From the NCBI GenBank assembly GCA_039683575.1, contig JBDKRC010000014.1, positions 1 to 19,093 on the forward strand: a stretch of DNA of 19,093 nucleotides. The letters run 5' to 3'. Position 1 is the first letter of the stretch, and the number at the start of each line of letters is the position of its first letter. The notes beneath the pieces are model-generated. The model was not told the DNA's origin. It worked only from the letters and a program-made list of their open reading frames with translations, and ran no database searches. Position numbers and translations under genes: made by a program. The stretch is from Armatimonadia bacterium. GTDB taxonomy: Bacteria; Armatimonadota; Zipacnadia; Zipacnadales; UBA11051. Of this stretch, positions 7,568-16,210 are shown piece by piece.

Positions 7568-8326
7568 ATGCCCAAGATTGGCCTACAATTGATCGTTTTC
7601 GGACCCCGTCCCACTGAGGACCTCCCCGGCGTTCTCGCTGACGTCAAGGAAGTTGGCTACGATGGCGCTGAGACCGGCGCGCTCTATGCCACGCTCGGCA
7701 CCGGCGCTGTAATGCGGGCTTTTCAGGATAGCGGCCTTGCGCTGACCGGCATTCACTGCGGCTATGGTGACATGACCGACGACGCTAAGGTTGCGGATCA
7801 CATCGGGTTTTTGAAGGAAGCCGGGGCCAAGTACATGATTTGCTCGGGCGTGGCGGACAACAACTCCATCGCCGGGTATGAGCAGTCGGCGGAGACCTTC
7901 AACAAGGTCGGCCAGAAGTGCAAGAACGCCGGAATTACGTTCTGCTACCACAACCACGCGTGGGAGTTCAAGCCGCTGGAGGGCGGGCAGAAGGGCATTC
8001 ACCGGCTGATCGAGCTGACCGACCCGGCTGTGGTGAAGCTGAACATCGACGTCTTCTGGGTGCACATCGGCGGCGAAGTGCCGGCTGAGTTCATCGCGAA
8101 GTACTCCGACCGCGTGGGCTACTACCACTTCAAGGACGGCGAGAAGACCGAGGACGGGCAGACCTTCATCGAGCTCGGACAGGGCGCGGTGGACCTGCCG
8201 GCGGCGCGTGAGGCGGCCTTGAAGTACGGCTGCGATTGGGTCGTTTGCGAGCAGGACCGGACGACGAAGGACCCGAAGGTCTCCATCAAGGAGAGCTTTG
8301 ATTACCTGAAGAAGATCGGGTTCTAG
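7568..8326 (+). CDS. Sugar-phosphate isomerase/epimerase (xylose-isomerase-like TIM barrel, IolE/YcjR-like)
   Basis: GGAGG at 7557-7561 precedes ATG 7568; GYDGAE; YHNHAWEF; LNIDVFW; HFKD; ELGQGAVD; VCEQD. Confidence 0.9.
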   Translation: MPKIGLQLIVFGPRPTEDLPGVLADVKEVGYDGAETGALYATLGTGAVMRAFQDSGLALTGIHCGYGDMTDDAKVADHIGFLKEAGAKYMICSGVADNNSIAGYEQSAETFNKVGQKCKNAGITFCYHNHAWEFKPLEGGQKGIHRLIELTDPAVVKLNIDVFWVHIGGEVPAEFIAKYSDRVGYYHFKDGEKTEDGQTFIELGQGAVDLPAAREAALKYGCDWVVCEQDRTTKDPKVSIKESFDYLKKIGF

Positions 8327-8337
8327 CGGCATCAACA

Positions 8338-8427
8338 GCGGGTGACCCCGTTGGGGTCAGAGGGGAGGGTGGCGCCGCGTTCCAGGGGTTTCACCCCTGG
8401 CTATATTCGGTGACCCCTTTGGGGTCA
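8338..8427. repeat. Second copy (A-B-A) of the two-hairpin element
   Basis: Hairpin A at 8343-8359, B at 8382-8400, A at 8411-8427. Positions 8382-8427 match 200-245 at 45/46 nt. Confidence 0.92.
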
Positions 8428-8463
8428 GGAGGCATGGCGGGAGCGGGGTGGCGCGAAGTGGGA

Positions 8464-8485
8464 GCGGGCGAGACGCCCGCACTAC
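8464..8485 (-). repeat. GTAG-headed REP-like palindrome
   Basis: Minus strand reads GTAG-T-GCGGGCG-TCT-CGCCCGC, a perfect 7-bp stem with the same TCT loop as the copy at 6185. Confidence 0.7.
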
Positions 8486-8527
8486 GCGTGGGGGAGATGG
8501 GGCGCGGGGCGGATGTACATGAGAATG

Positions 8528-8564
8528 AAAGACGGGGCCGGCGTTGGCGGCCCCGTCTTTTTTT
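8528..8564 (+). terminator. Rho-independent terminator between convergent genes
   Basis: AAAGACGGGGCCG-N7-CGGCCCCGTCTTT followed by TTTT. Confidence 0.85.
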
Positions 8565-8610
8565 GGCGCTTGCGGGGTCCCTCTGTTGTGCTCGCGAGGT
8601 CCCCTCGCTG

Positions 8611-9054
8611 CTACTCCAGGTGCTCCAGCGGCACCGGCTTCTTCGTTCCCTCGTGGGGTAGCTGGCGGGCGGGGCCCACTATCTCGAAGGTGCGCTTGAT
8701 GGAGTTGCCCCACTGCTTCGCCAGTGTCCGCGGGGTGCTGTTGTTGGCCTTCGCGTCGTCGGGCGTGACCGACAGGAAATAGATACCGTTGGCGTAGACC
8801 GCGATGCCCGCCGGGACCTTCTGGTAGGTCATGGTGACGGACTTCAGATACTCGGTGTGAGTCAGGGCCTTGGTCATGCGGAATTCTAGCATGGCGCGGC
8901 GGTCGGCAGGGGTCATCTTGCCCGAGCCGGCCCGGAAGGTCAGGACATGCTGGCCGCCGATGTCCACGCTTGAGGGATGCCAGCCATAGAAGTTCTCATC
9001 GGCCCACGCGCCTGCGCAGACCACTATCATGAACGCGACGAGCAACGCTCGCAT
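8611..9054 (-). CDS. Secreted hypothetical protein (147 aa)
   Basis: GGAGG upstream on the minus strand; signal peptide MRALLVAFMIVVCAGAWA|D; host-like codon usage. Confidence 0.85.
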   Translation of the reverse strand: MRALLVAFMIVVCAGAWADENFYGWHPSSVDIGGQHVLTFRAGSGKMTPADRRAMLEFRMTKALTHTEYLKSVTMTYQKVPAGIAVYANGIYFLSVTPDDAKANNSTPRTLAKQWGNSIKRTFEIVGPARQLPHEGTKKPVPLEHLE

Positions 9055-9197
9055 CGCCTTGCCTCCGGGTACAGTATGGTCTATCGTTCTCCGTCCGCTG
9101 CCACGACTCCTTCTCCGTGATCATTTCGACCTGAGGGCAGGGAAGAGGCGGGCGCTTGCCGAATTACCCATGCTGACAACCGCAAGGAGAGCCCATC

Positions 9198-10418
9198 ATG
9201 AGTAACTGGCAGAAAGCCTATGAAGTTTTGGCCGCGCAGCTTACCGACCGCGGCGTTGATCTCGAGCAGATCAAGTCACTGTTGAAGGCCCAGAAGATTG
9301 AGACCCCGTCCTGGGGCTATGCCGATTCGGGGACGCGCTTCAATGTCTTCAAGCAGCCCGGCGCCGCCATCACGATCCAGGAGAAGCTGGACGATGCCGC
9401 GACCGTCCACCGCTTCACCGGCGTGACCCCTACCGTGGCCGTGCATGTCACCTGGGACTTTGTCGAGGGCGTGGACCCGCAGGAAGTTGTGAAGTATGCC
9501 GAGAGCCGTGGCGTGAAGATCGGGGCCATCAACCCGACGATGTTCCAGGAGCAGTTCTACCTGCACGGCACCGTCGCGAACCCGTATGAGAAGGCCCGGC
9601 GGCACGTTGTGGATCACATGCTGCACTCGATCGAGATCGGCAAGCAGGTCGGCTCGGACGTGCTCAGCCTGTGGTTTGCCGACGGCACCAACTATCCGGG
9701 GCAGGGCGACTTCCGCCAGCGGAAGCACTACGTGACCGAGTGCTTCCAGGAGGTCTATGCCGCGATGCCGCCGAGCATGCGCATGATGATCGAGTACAAG
9801 CTCTTTGAGCCTGGGTTCTACCACACCGACATCGCCGACTGGGGCATGGCGTACGTGTTCTGCCAGCAGTGCGGGGAGCGAGCGCAGGTGCTTGTGGACC
9901 TTGGCCATCACGCGCGGAGCGTCAACATCGAGCACATCGTGGCCTTCCTGCTCGATGAGGGCGTCATGGGCGGGTTCCACTTCAACGATGCGCGCTATGC
10001 CGACGACGATCTGACGACGGGCTCAGTGAACCCGTACCAGGTCTTCCTGATCTACTGCGAGCTTGTGAAGGCTGCCGATCTGGCGCAGAATGTGGCGTAC
10101 ATGATCGACCAGTCGCATGGGGAAAAGCCGAAGATCGAGGCGATGATCCAGAGCGTGGGCAACATCCAGAAGGCGTACGCGAAGGCCTTGCTGGTGGATT
10201 ACGCCAAGCTCACCGACGCCCAGAGCCGCTTTGACATCGTGGACGGCGAGGACGTGCTGATTGACGCCTTCAACGCCGACGTCGAGCCGCTGCTCAAGCA
10301 GGTCCGCGTCGAGATGGGTCTGAATCCGGACCCGCTGGCGGCGTACCGCGAGAGCGGCTACCAGCAGAAGATCGACAACGAACGAGGGTTCAGGGAGAAT
10401 GCGGGCGGGCTGGGGTAG
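9198..10418 (+). CDS. rhaI: L-rhamnose isomerase (RhaI type)
   Basis: AAGGAG RBS; IETPSWGYADSGTRF; EKLDDA; LWFADGTNYPGQ; IEYKLFEPGFYHTDIADWG; VDLGHH; GFHFND..YADDDL; YMIDQSH. Confidence 0.92.
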   Translation: MSNWQKAYEVLAAQLTDRGVDLEQIKSLLKAQKIETPSWGYADSGTRFNVFKQPGAAITIQEKLDDAATVHRFTGVTPTVAVHVTWDFVEGVDPQEVVKYAESRGVKIGAINPTMFQEQFYLHGTVANPYEKARRHVVDHMLHSIEIGKQVGSDVLSLWFADGTNYPGQGDFRQRKHYVTECFQEVYAAMPPSMRMMIEYKLFEPGFYHTDIADWGMAYVFCQQCGERAQVLVDLGHHARSVNIEHIVAFLLDEGVMGGFHFNDARYADDDLTTGSVNPYQVFLIYCELVKAADLAQNVAYMIDQSHGEKPKIEAMIQSVGNIQKAYAKALLVDYAKLTDAQSRFDIVDGEDVLIDAFNADVEPLLKQVRVEMGLNPDPLAAYRESGYQQKIDNERGFRENAGGLG

Positions 10419-10420
10419 GG
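10364..10420 (+). repeat. Left copy of direct repeat (current rhaI 3' end)
   Basis: GCAGAAGATCGACA (10364-10377) and GCGGGCGGGCTGGGGTAGGG (10401-10420) recur at 12098-12131. Confidence 0.8.
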
Positions 10421-10462
10421 GATTACGTCGACGTACATATTCTGATTGGGGGAGCAAACGCG

Positions 10463-12076
10463 ATGAAGCAGTCCTCTGTTCCAGGCACGATTGCGTTCCT
10501 ATTCGTCTGCTTCATGGGATGCGTTGGCCAAGCCTTGGCCGCACCTAGCGAATCAGGCTTTCTGAAGGTACTGAAAGCCGTGCTGGTGGCGAATCAGAAC
10601 GTGAAAGAAAACACGTACGTTATGTACAGACGTCCGCGACTGGAAACCTATGACATCAAGCGGACCGACTCGATGATCAATCCTATTGTGGGTATTGCGA
10701 GGGTTGAGTACGATGCAATTGACCCGCAGACCGGAAGAGACAAGGGCTGGGGAGGCGCCACCTTCCTGATCTTGGTTACCTTCAAGAACAATCGCTGGTC
10801 ATACCTGGGGGTCAAACGGATACGCTGGCTCCTCGGCAGGGAGATACCAGAGTGGGTCCACTACTTCGCCAGACCTGGGACCAGACCACATACTTGGTCG
10901 CCTCCTAAGCGGGCCCCTGCCTCCCAGCCGCAAGCAGTAACAAAGCCCCGGACAGCAGCCAGGCCAAAGCCACCACCCGCCCCTGCACCAGCCAAGGAGT
11001 ACACTCCGTGGACGCGGCGGCCAGAGCAGCGTTCCATCCCATCAGGCTCGATCCGAGGTTCCATAGCTGGCCTACCTCTCACCGTCAAGGGTGTGAGGCT
11101 CTGCAAGTCTGGGGCGTCGCATGAGATGGTTGTAGAAGGAACCGTGCCTTTGCCACCCGATGGCAAGTGCATACAGAATTGTGAAGTCCGCCTCCGATTG
11201 CGACTGCCTGAGGGCCCCCGAGTGAAAGCGATAGGCATGGAGCGGCCGGTCGAGAAGCCTCCAACGTTCAAGCCGGATAAGGACACAGCCATGGCTTGGC
11301 TTCCGAATGTGTCTTTGTCCCCTACCGGTCAAATGCGTGTGACTGTATGTAACCCAACAGAGGGATATCAGTACCTAAGCCTTCACGTAGATCGCGCAAG
11401 GGGGCAGGAATGGGTAAGTTGTGAGCTGCCTCTAATCTACCAGTCGACATTCGCTCCGGGACAGAAAGGGGTCTTCACCCCATCCTGGAGGCAGACATTC
11501 GATAGCGACACAGTTGGGTTGTTTCGTTTGGTGCTGCGGCAAAGCTACTGCATGGTCGGTCAAGAGCCCAAAGTGTTTGCGGAGCGAGAGTTTTCATTGC
11601 CTACATCCGACCTGCAATTCGAGGGCGCAGCGGTTGATGAACGACTGTATTCCGAACTCGGAAAGCGCTTGGCCCCGTCAGCGTACTACGTTCCGCAACC
11701 GAGTTTGTCAGATGGCCCCGTCTCCTGCGCCTACAATATATGGTGTCGTCTTAGGGACAATAACTTGCGTAGCGACCGGGTGCGTTACCTTGTGGGCAAC
11801 GTACTGGAGGTCAAGCCACCTGCATCAGCAAAACAGGACGAATGGCGCACATCCGTGCTATCTGCCCTTGCCGCGCGTTTTCCTGGCTCACGTGCCGCGC
11901 GAGCGGAGGACTTCGCAGCCCCGACTAAGTGGGGTGCGGCTATTGATCTGGCAAGTTGTACCACTGACACGGAGTCGGGTGCAGTCGGGGCCAAGGGAAA
12001 GCTACTGATCGTGTTTGATGACCCAGGACAAAGCTGGGTCGGTGGGGAGTTCGACGTGCCGATAGGCGCAGAGTAG
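10463..12076 (+). CDS. Secreted hypothetical protein (537 aa) with Pro-rich linker; compositionally atypical
   Basis: GGGGAG upstream; signal peptide ending ALA|A; linker PPKRAPASQPQ...PKPPPAPAPAK; many A/T-ending codons (10561-10620 is 29/60 G+C). No family recognised. Confidence 0.75.
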   Translation: MKQSSVPGTIAFLFVCFMGCVGQALAAPSESGFLKVLKAVLVANQNVKENTYVMYRRPRLETYDIKRTDSMINPIVGIARVEYDAIDPQTGRDKGWGGATFLILVTFKNNRWSYLGVKRIRWLLGREIPEWVHYFARPGTRPHTWSPPKRAPASQPQAVTKPRTAARPKPPPAPAPAKEYTPWTRRPEQRSIPSGSIRGSIAGLPLTVKGVRLCKSGASHEMVVEGTVPLPPDGKCIQNCEVRLRLRLPEGPRVKAIGMERPVEKPPTFKPDKDTAMAWLPNVSLSPTGQMRVTVCNPTEGYQYLSLHVDRARGQEWVSCELPLIYQSTFAPGQKGVFTPSWRQTFDSDTVGLFRLVLRQSYCMVGQEPKVFAEREFSLPTSDLQFEGAAVDERLYSELGKRLAPSAYYVPQPSLSDGPVSCAYNIWCRLRDNNLRSDRVRYLVGNVLEVKPPASAKQDEWRTSVLSALAARFPGSRAARAEDFAAPTKWGAAIDLASCTTDTESGAVGAKGKLLIVFDDPGQSWVGGEFDVPIGAE

Positions 12077-12097
12077 GCGCCACGGGCCTGCGGTCTG

Positions 12098-12131
12098 GCA
12101 GAAGATAGATAGCGGGCGGGTTGGGGTAGGG
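12098..12131 (+). repeat. Right copy of direct repeat: relic rhaI 3' end with internal deletion
   Basis: GCAGAAGATAGATA (12/14 match) is directly joined to GCGGGCGGGTTGGGGTAGGG (19/20 match). All three mismatches are synonymous in the rhaI frame. Confidence 0.8.
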
Positions 12132-12156
12132 ACAGATACGTTCGACTGAGACTGTG

Positions 12157-12196
12157 TTGCGGGGCGATCCTATCAAGGGTCGCCCCGCAATGTTTT
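12157..12196. terminator. Hairpin terminator, probably bidirectional, between convergent genes
   Basis: TTGCGGGGCGATCCT-ATCA-AGGGTCGCCCCGCAA followed by TGTTTT. Confidence 0.78.
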
Positions 12197-13608
12197 CACG
12201 CCTCGACTGGCCGCCTTATCGAGAGGCTCGGCGGGTAAGTGCGGTATACGGATACCAGGATCGTGGCCGTGACGATCAGTGCCAGCACGTCCGACATCGG
12301 CTGGGCACCGAACGCCCATGTCACGCCGCCGTAGTGCGCCAGGAGGAATAGCGCGGGGACTACCAGCAAGGCCTGCTGCACCATTGTGACCATCATCGCC
12401 TGCAGGCCGCGGCCCATGCCCTGCAGCGACGCGACGCCCATCATCTGAGGCTCAACGAGGAAGAGGGTGATCACCCGCAGGCGGAAGGCCAGCATCGCGA
12501 GCTTGATGAGCTCGGGGTCTTTGGTGAAGAGACCGACGATCTGGGGGGTGAGGCTGATGGTCAGGATGGTGAGGAAGATGGCGATGGTTGAGGTCCCCAC
12601 TGCCGCCGCGCGGTAGGCACGCCACATGCGGCGGTAGTTCTGCGCACCGAAGTTGTAGGCGACCACCGGCAGCAGCCCCTGATACACGCCCCCGCCGATG
12701 AAGGAGATAATCAGCATCATGATGCGGTGCGCCAGTCCCTGCGCCGCCACGGCCTGGGTGCCGAAGCCGCCCAGCACGGTGTTGAAGGTCAGGCCGACGA
12801 GGCTGCTGACACAGCCCTGGGCGGCGGCAGGCAGGCCCACGCGGCCAATATCCAGCAGAATGTCGGCCTTCAGGCGCAGATGCCGCAACGCAATGTGGTA
12901 ACCGCTCTTGCCGCTCCAGAGATAGGCGGCTGCGAGTATGGCGCCAGCCAGTTGCGCGATGGCCGTCGCCAGCCCCGCCCCACGAATGCCCAGCTCCGGG
13001 AAGCCATACCAGCCGAAGATCAATAATGGCGCGAGTATCGCGTTGACCACAGCCGACATGATCATCATCATCATCGGCAAGATGGTGTTGCCGGCCCCAC
13101 GGAAGAGCCCGCTCAGGGTCATGATAGAGAGCAGGAACGGCATACCGAGGGCGATGGCGCGCAAGTATTCCACCGCGAGCGGGGCGACGTCGGGCGGGGC
13201 ACCAAAGAACCTCACGAGGGGGCCCGGGACGGTCACACAGACCAGCCCGAACACGACGCCGAAGATGATGGGCACCAGGACCGCATGGCCGGCAACCAGG
13301 CCGACTTCGTCGACGCGCCGCGCGCCGAACCGCCGAGCCGCCAGCGACGACACGCCCACTCCCGCCCCCATTCCCAGCGACCCGGCCACCATCTGCAGCG
13401 GGAACAGGATGGTGAGAGCCGCCATCGCGGCGGTGCCATGGGGCAGCCGCCCCACCCAGAAGGTGTCGATGAGGTTGTAGAGGCTCATCACCACCATGCC
13501 GGCGATGCTGGGGAGGCTCAGGGTGATTAGCAGCCGCCCTAGCGGCATGGTGCCCAGATCGGCCGTGCGTTGGCTCATCTGGGCAGAGGTTTGTGTAGCG
13601 GTACTCAT
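12196..13608 (-). CDS. MATE family efflux transporter (MepA/NorM-like)
   Basis: LSLPSIAGMVVMSLYNLIDTFWVGRL; FRGAGNT..PM; N.ILAPLLIFGWYGFPELGIRGAGLAT; PVVAYNFGAQNY.R; about 12 hydrophobic segments. Confidence 0.95.
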   Translation of the reverse strand: MSTATQTSAQMSQRTADLGTMPLGRLLITLSLPSIAGMVVMSLYNLIDTFWVGRLPHGTAAMAALTILFPLQMVAGSLGMGAGVGVSSLAARRFGARRVDEVGLVAGHAVLVPIIFGVVFGLVCVTVPGPLVRFFGAPPDVAPLAVEYLRAIALGMPFLLSIMTLSGLFRGAGNTILPMMMMIMSAVVNAILAPLLIFGWYGFPELGIRGAGLATAIAQLAGAILAAAYLWSGKSGYHIALRHLRLKADILLDIGRVGLPAAAQGCVSSLVGLTFNTVLGGFGTQAVAAQGLAHRIMMLIISFIGGGVYQGLLPVVAYNFGAQNYRRMWRAYRAAAVGTSTIAIFLTILTISLTPQIVGLFTKDPELIKLAMLAFRLRVITLFLVEPQMMGVASLQGMGRGLQAMMVTMVQQALLVVPALFLLAHYGGVTWAFGAQPMSDVLALIVTATILVSVYRTYPPSLSIRRPVEA

Positions 13609-13677
13609 TCGGTTACTCTCAAGACAGGCTCATTGCCGGGGAAGATTGGTATTGGCAAATTGTTTTATGAGCAAAGC

Positions 13678-13706
13678 ATTGTACTGCGTGGCTGGATTGA
13701 GGTCAA
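13678..13706 (-). promoter_or_regulatory. sigma70-type promoter for the MATE gene
   Basis: Minus strand reads TTGACC (13706-13701), 17 nt, TACAAT (13683-13678), about 70 nt upstream of the start codon. Confidence 0.8.
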
Positions 13707-13796
13707 GACAACAGGTTGCGAGGGGAAGGGAAGCTCGCGCCGAAAGCGAAATTCCGCGCTTGCGCTCTGCAACAACAGACTGAGGGGCAACACCCG

Positions 13797-14822
13797 ATGC
13801 GCGCCAATACTGACTGGTTCCGCGATGCCAAATGGGGCGTCTTCGTCCACTATCTGGCCGGGTTGCCCAGTGCCGACGACCCCGAGGCCAGCAATCCGGA
13901 AAGCTGGAACGCGCGGATTGATGCCTTCGATGTGGCGGCGCTTGCCGCGCAGCTTGCGGAGATCAAGGCCGGGTACTTCTTCATCACCCTCGGCCAGAAC
14001 TCCGGCTTCATGCTGTCGCCGAACGCGACCTATGACAATCTCGTGCCGCGCCGGCCGAGCCGGCTTTCGCGGCGCGACCTGGTGGCTGATCTGATCGAGG
14101 CGCTGGCGCCGCATGATATCCCGGTCATGGTTTATCTGCCCTCACACGCCCCCGCGCTGGATCGCGAGGCGGTGCAGGGGCTGCAATGCACTCCGCCCTG
14201 GGATGCGAGCTGCTGGCAGCTGAAGCCCGGGACCTACCTCATCGAGGGTGAGGTGGACGCCCGGCTGAGCGCCTTTCAGCGTAACTGGGAAGCAGTCATC
14301 CGCGAGTGGTCGGTCCGCTGGGGCAAGGGCGTGCGCGGGTGGTGGTTTGACGGGTGCTACAAGGCGGACATCATGTACCGCAGCCCCGACGAGCCCAACT
14401 TCAAGTCCTTCGCCGCAGCCGTGAAGGCCGGCAACCCCGACAGCCTCGTGGCCTTCAACCCGGGGGTGAAGGTGCCGGTGGTCTGCCACAGCGAGTATGA
14501 AGACTATACGGCAGGCGAAGTCGCGGATAGCTTCCCGGTGTGCATGGATTCCCACTATGGACGCGAGAACAAGCCCGAGAAGTACTGGGGCCAGCCCATT
14601 GAGCGGTTCGTGGACGGGGCGCAGTATCACCTGCTGACCTTCATGGGCCCGTACTGGTGCCGCGGCCTGCCGCGGTTTTCGCCGGAGATGGTGATTGGGT
14701 ACACGAAGCACGTCAACTCGCTTGAGGGCGTGATCAGCTGGGACGTGCCGACCAGCGAGGCCGGGATCATCCCGGAGCCGTTCATGGCGCAGTTCCGCGC
14801 GCTTCGCGACGCCACGCGCTAA
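13797..14822 (+). CDS. Divergent alpha-L-fucosidase/fucanase-like hydrolase (clan GH-R; GH29/GH107-like barrel)
   Basis: GAGGGG precedes ATG 13797; WFRDAKWGVFVHY; FDVAALA; RDLVADL; GWWFDG; NPDSLVAFN; EDYTAGE. It lacks KHHDGF and has no signal peptide. Confidence 0.75.
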   Translation: MRANTDWFRDAKWGVFVHYLAGLPSADDPEASNPESWNARIDAFDVAALAAQLAEIKAGYFFITLGQNSGFMLSPNATYDNLVPRRPSRLSRRDLVADLIEALAPHDIPVMVYLPSHAPALDREAVQGLQCTPPWDASCWQLKPGTYLIEGEVDARLSAFQRNWEAVIREWSVRWGKGVRGWWFDGCYKADIMYRSPDEPNFKSFAAAVKAGNPDSLVAFNPGVKVPVVCHSEYEDYTAGEVADSFPVCMDSHYGRENKPEKYWGQPIERFVDGAQYHLLTFMGPYWCRGLPRFSPEMVIGYTKHVNSLEGVISWDVPTSEAGIIPEPFMAQFRALRDATR

Positions 14823-14843
14823 GGTTCAGATCAGGAGTACAGG

Positions 14844-16199
14844 ATGACCGACGACCGTCCCGACATCATTCGTGCCACCGCTTCGTCAGAGACCTTCGAG
14901 CAGCCCGAATGGCTGCAGGAGCGGCTTGAGTGGTTTTCGACGCTCAAGCTCGGCCTGTTTCTGCACTGGGGCATCTACTCGCAGTGGGGCTGCATCGAGT
15001 CCTGGCCACTGGTGGAGGCAGATACCTGGGCGCGGCCTGATGATCTGCCGGCGTGGGTGGAGCGCGGCAAGGATATCGCCCGCTTCAAGCGGGACTATTG
15101 GGCGCTGAACCGGACCTTCAACCCGACCCAGTTCGATCCGCAAGCGTGGGCCGCGGAGGCCGAGCGGGCGGGGATGAAGTATGTCGCCTTCACCACCAAG
15201 CACCACGACGGCTTCAGCATGTTCGATACCCGGCAGACTGACTACCGGATCACGCACCCGGACTGTCCTTTCCACAGTAATCCCCGCGCCAATGTGACGC
15301 GCGAGGTCTTCGACGCCTTCCGGGCCGAGGGGCTGGCCATCTCCTGCTATTTCTCCAAGTCCGACTGGCACAGCCCGTTCTACTGGGACCCGGCGCGCCA
15401 TGCCCCGGACCGGCACCCGAACTATGATACCCATGCCGAGCCGGAGCGCTGGGAGGGGTTCGTGCAGTTCGTCCACGGCCAGATTCAGGAACTGATGACG
15501 GGGTACGGGGCGATTGACTGCCTGTGGCTTGATGGCGGACAGGTCCGCCCGCCTAACCAGGACATCCGGATGGCGGAGATCGCGGCGATGGCGCGCTCGC
15601 ACCAGCCGGGGCTGATCATCGCCGACCGCACTGTCGGAGGGCCGTTCGAGAACATCCTCACCCCCGAGCAGCAGATTCCCGATGAGCCGCTGCCGCAGAC
15701 CTGGGAATCGTGCCTCACCATGGGCAAGAGCTGGGCCTACCGGCCGGACGAGGTCTACAAGCCCACGCGGCAGTTGCTGGAGATGCTGCTCGACATCGTC
15801 GCCAAAGGCGGCAACCTGCTGCTCGGCATCGGGCCGACGCCCGAGGGCCTGTTCCCGGGCGGCGCAATCGAGCGGCTCCGCGAGCTTGGTGACTGGCTGA
15901 GCGTCAACGGTGACGCGATCTACGGCACCGAGCCGATTGCGCCGTATACGGAGGGACGGTTCCGCTTCACCCGCCGCCGTGACCGCGTGTATGCCACCTG
16001 GGTCGCCGCTGAGGGCGAGACCGCGCCGCCTGAGAAGCTGACGCTCAAGGGCCTCACTCCCGCCGAGGGCAGTGCCGTGCGGCTGTTGGGGGTGCCCGAC
16101 CCGCTGGCATGGCGGCTCACCGACGCCGGGGCAGAGGTCACGCTGCCAATGGACCGCCTGTCGTGCGCTGATGCCTGGACCATCACCTTCCGGCGCTGA
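14844..16199 (+). CDS. Alpha-L-fucosidase, GH29
   Basis: AGGAG RBS; KLGLFLHWGIYS; FNPTQFDP..WA; AGMKY..FTTKHHDGF; LWLDG; WESCLTM..SW; KGGNLLLGIGP; WL..NGDAIYGT. Confidence 0.95.
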   Translation: MTDDRPDIIRATASSETFEQPEWLQERLEWFSTLKLGLFLHWGIYSQWGCIESWPLVEADTWARPDDLPAWVERGKDIARFKRDYWALNRTFNPTQFDPQAWAAEAERAGMKYVAFTTKHHDGFSMFDTRQTDYRITHPDCPFHSNPRANVTREVFDAFRAEGLAISCYFSKSDWHSPFYWDPARHAPDRHPNYDTHAEPERWEGFVQFVHGQIQELMTGYGAIDCLWLDGGQVRPPNQDIRMAEIAAMARSHQPGLIIADRTVGGPFENILTPEQQIPDEPLPQTWESCLTMGKSWAYRPDEVYKPTRQLLEMLLDIVAKGGNLLLGIGPTPEGLFPGGAIERLRELGDWLSVNGDAIYGTEPIAPYTEGRFRFTRRRDRVYATWVAAEGETAPPEKLTLKGLTPAEGSAVRLLGVPDPLAWRLTDAGAEVTLPMDRLSCADAWTITFRR

Positions 16200-16210
16200 T
16201 TGGTGCTGAC

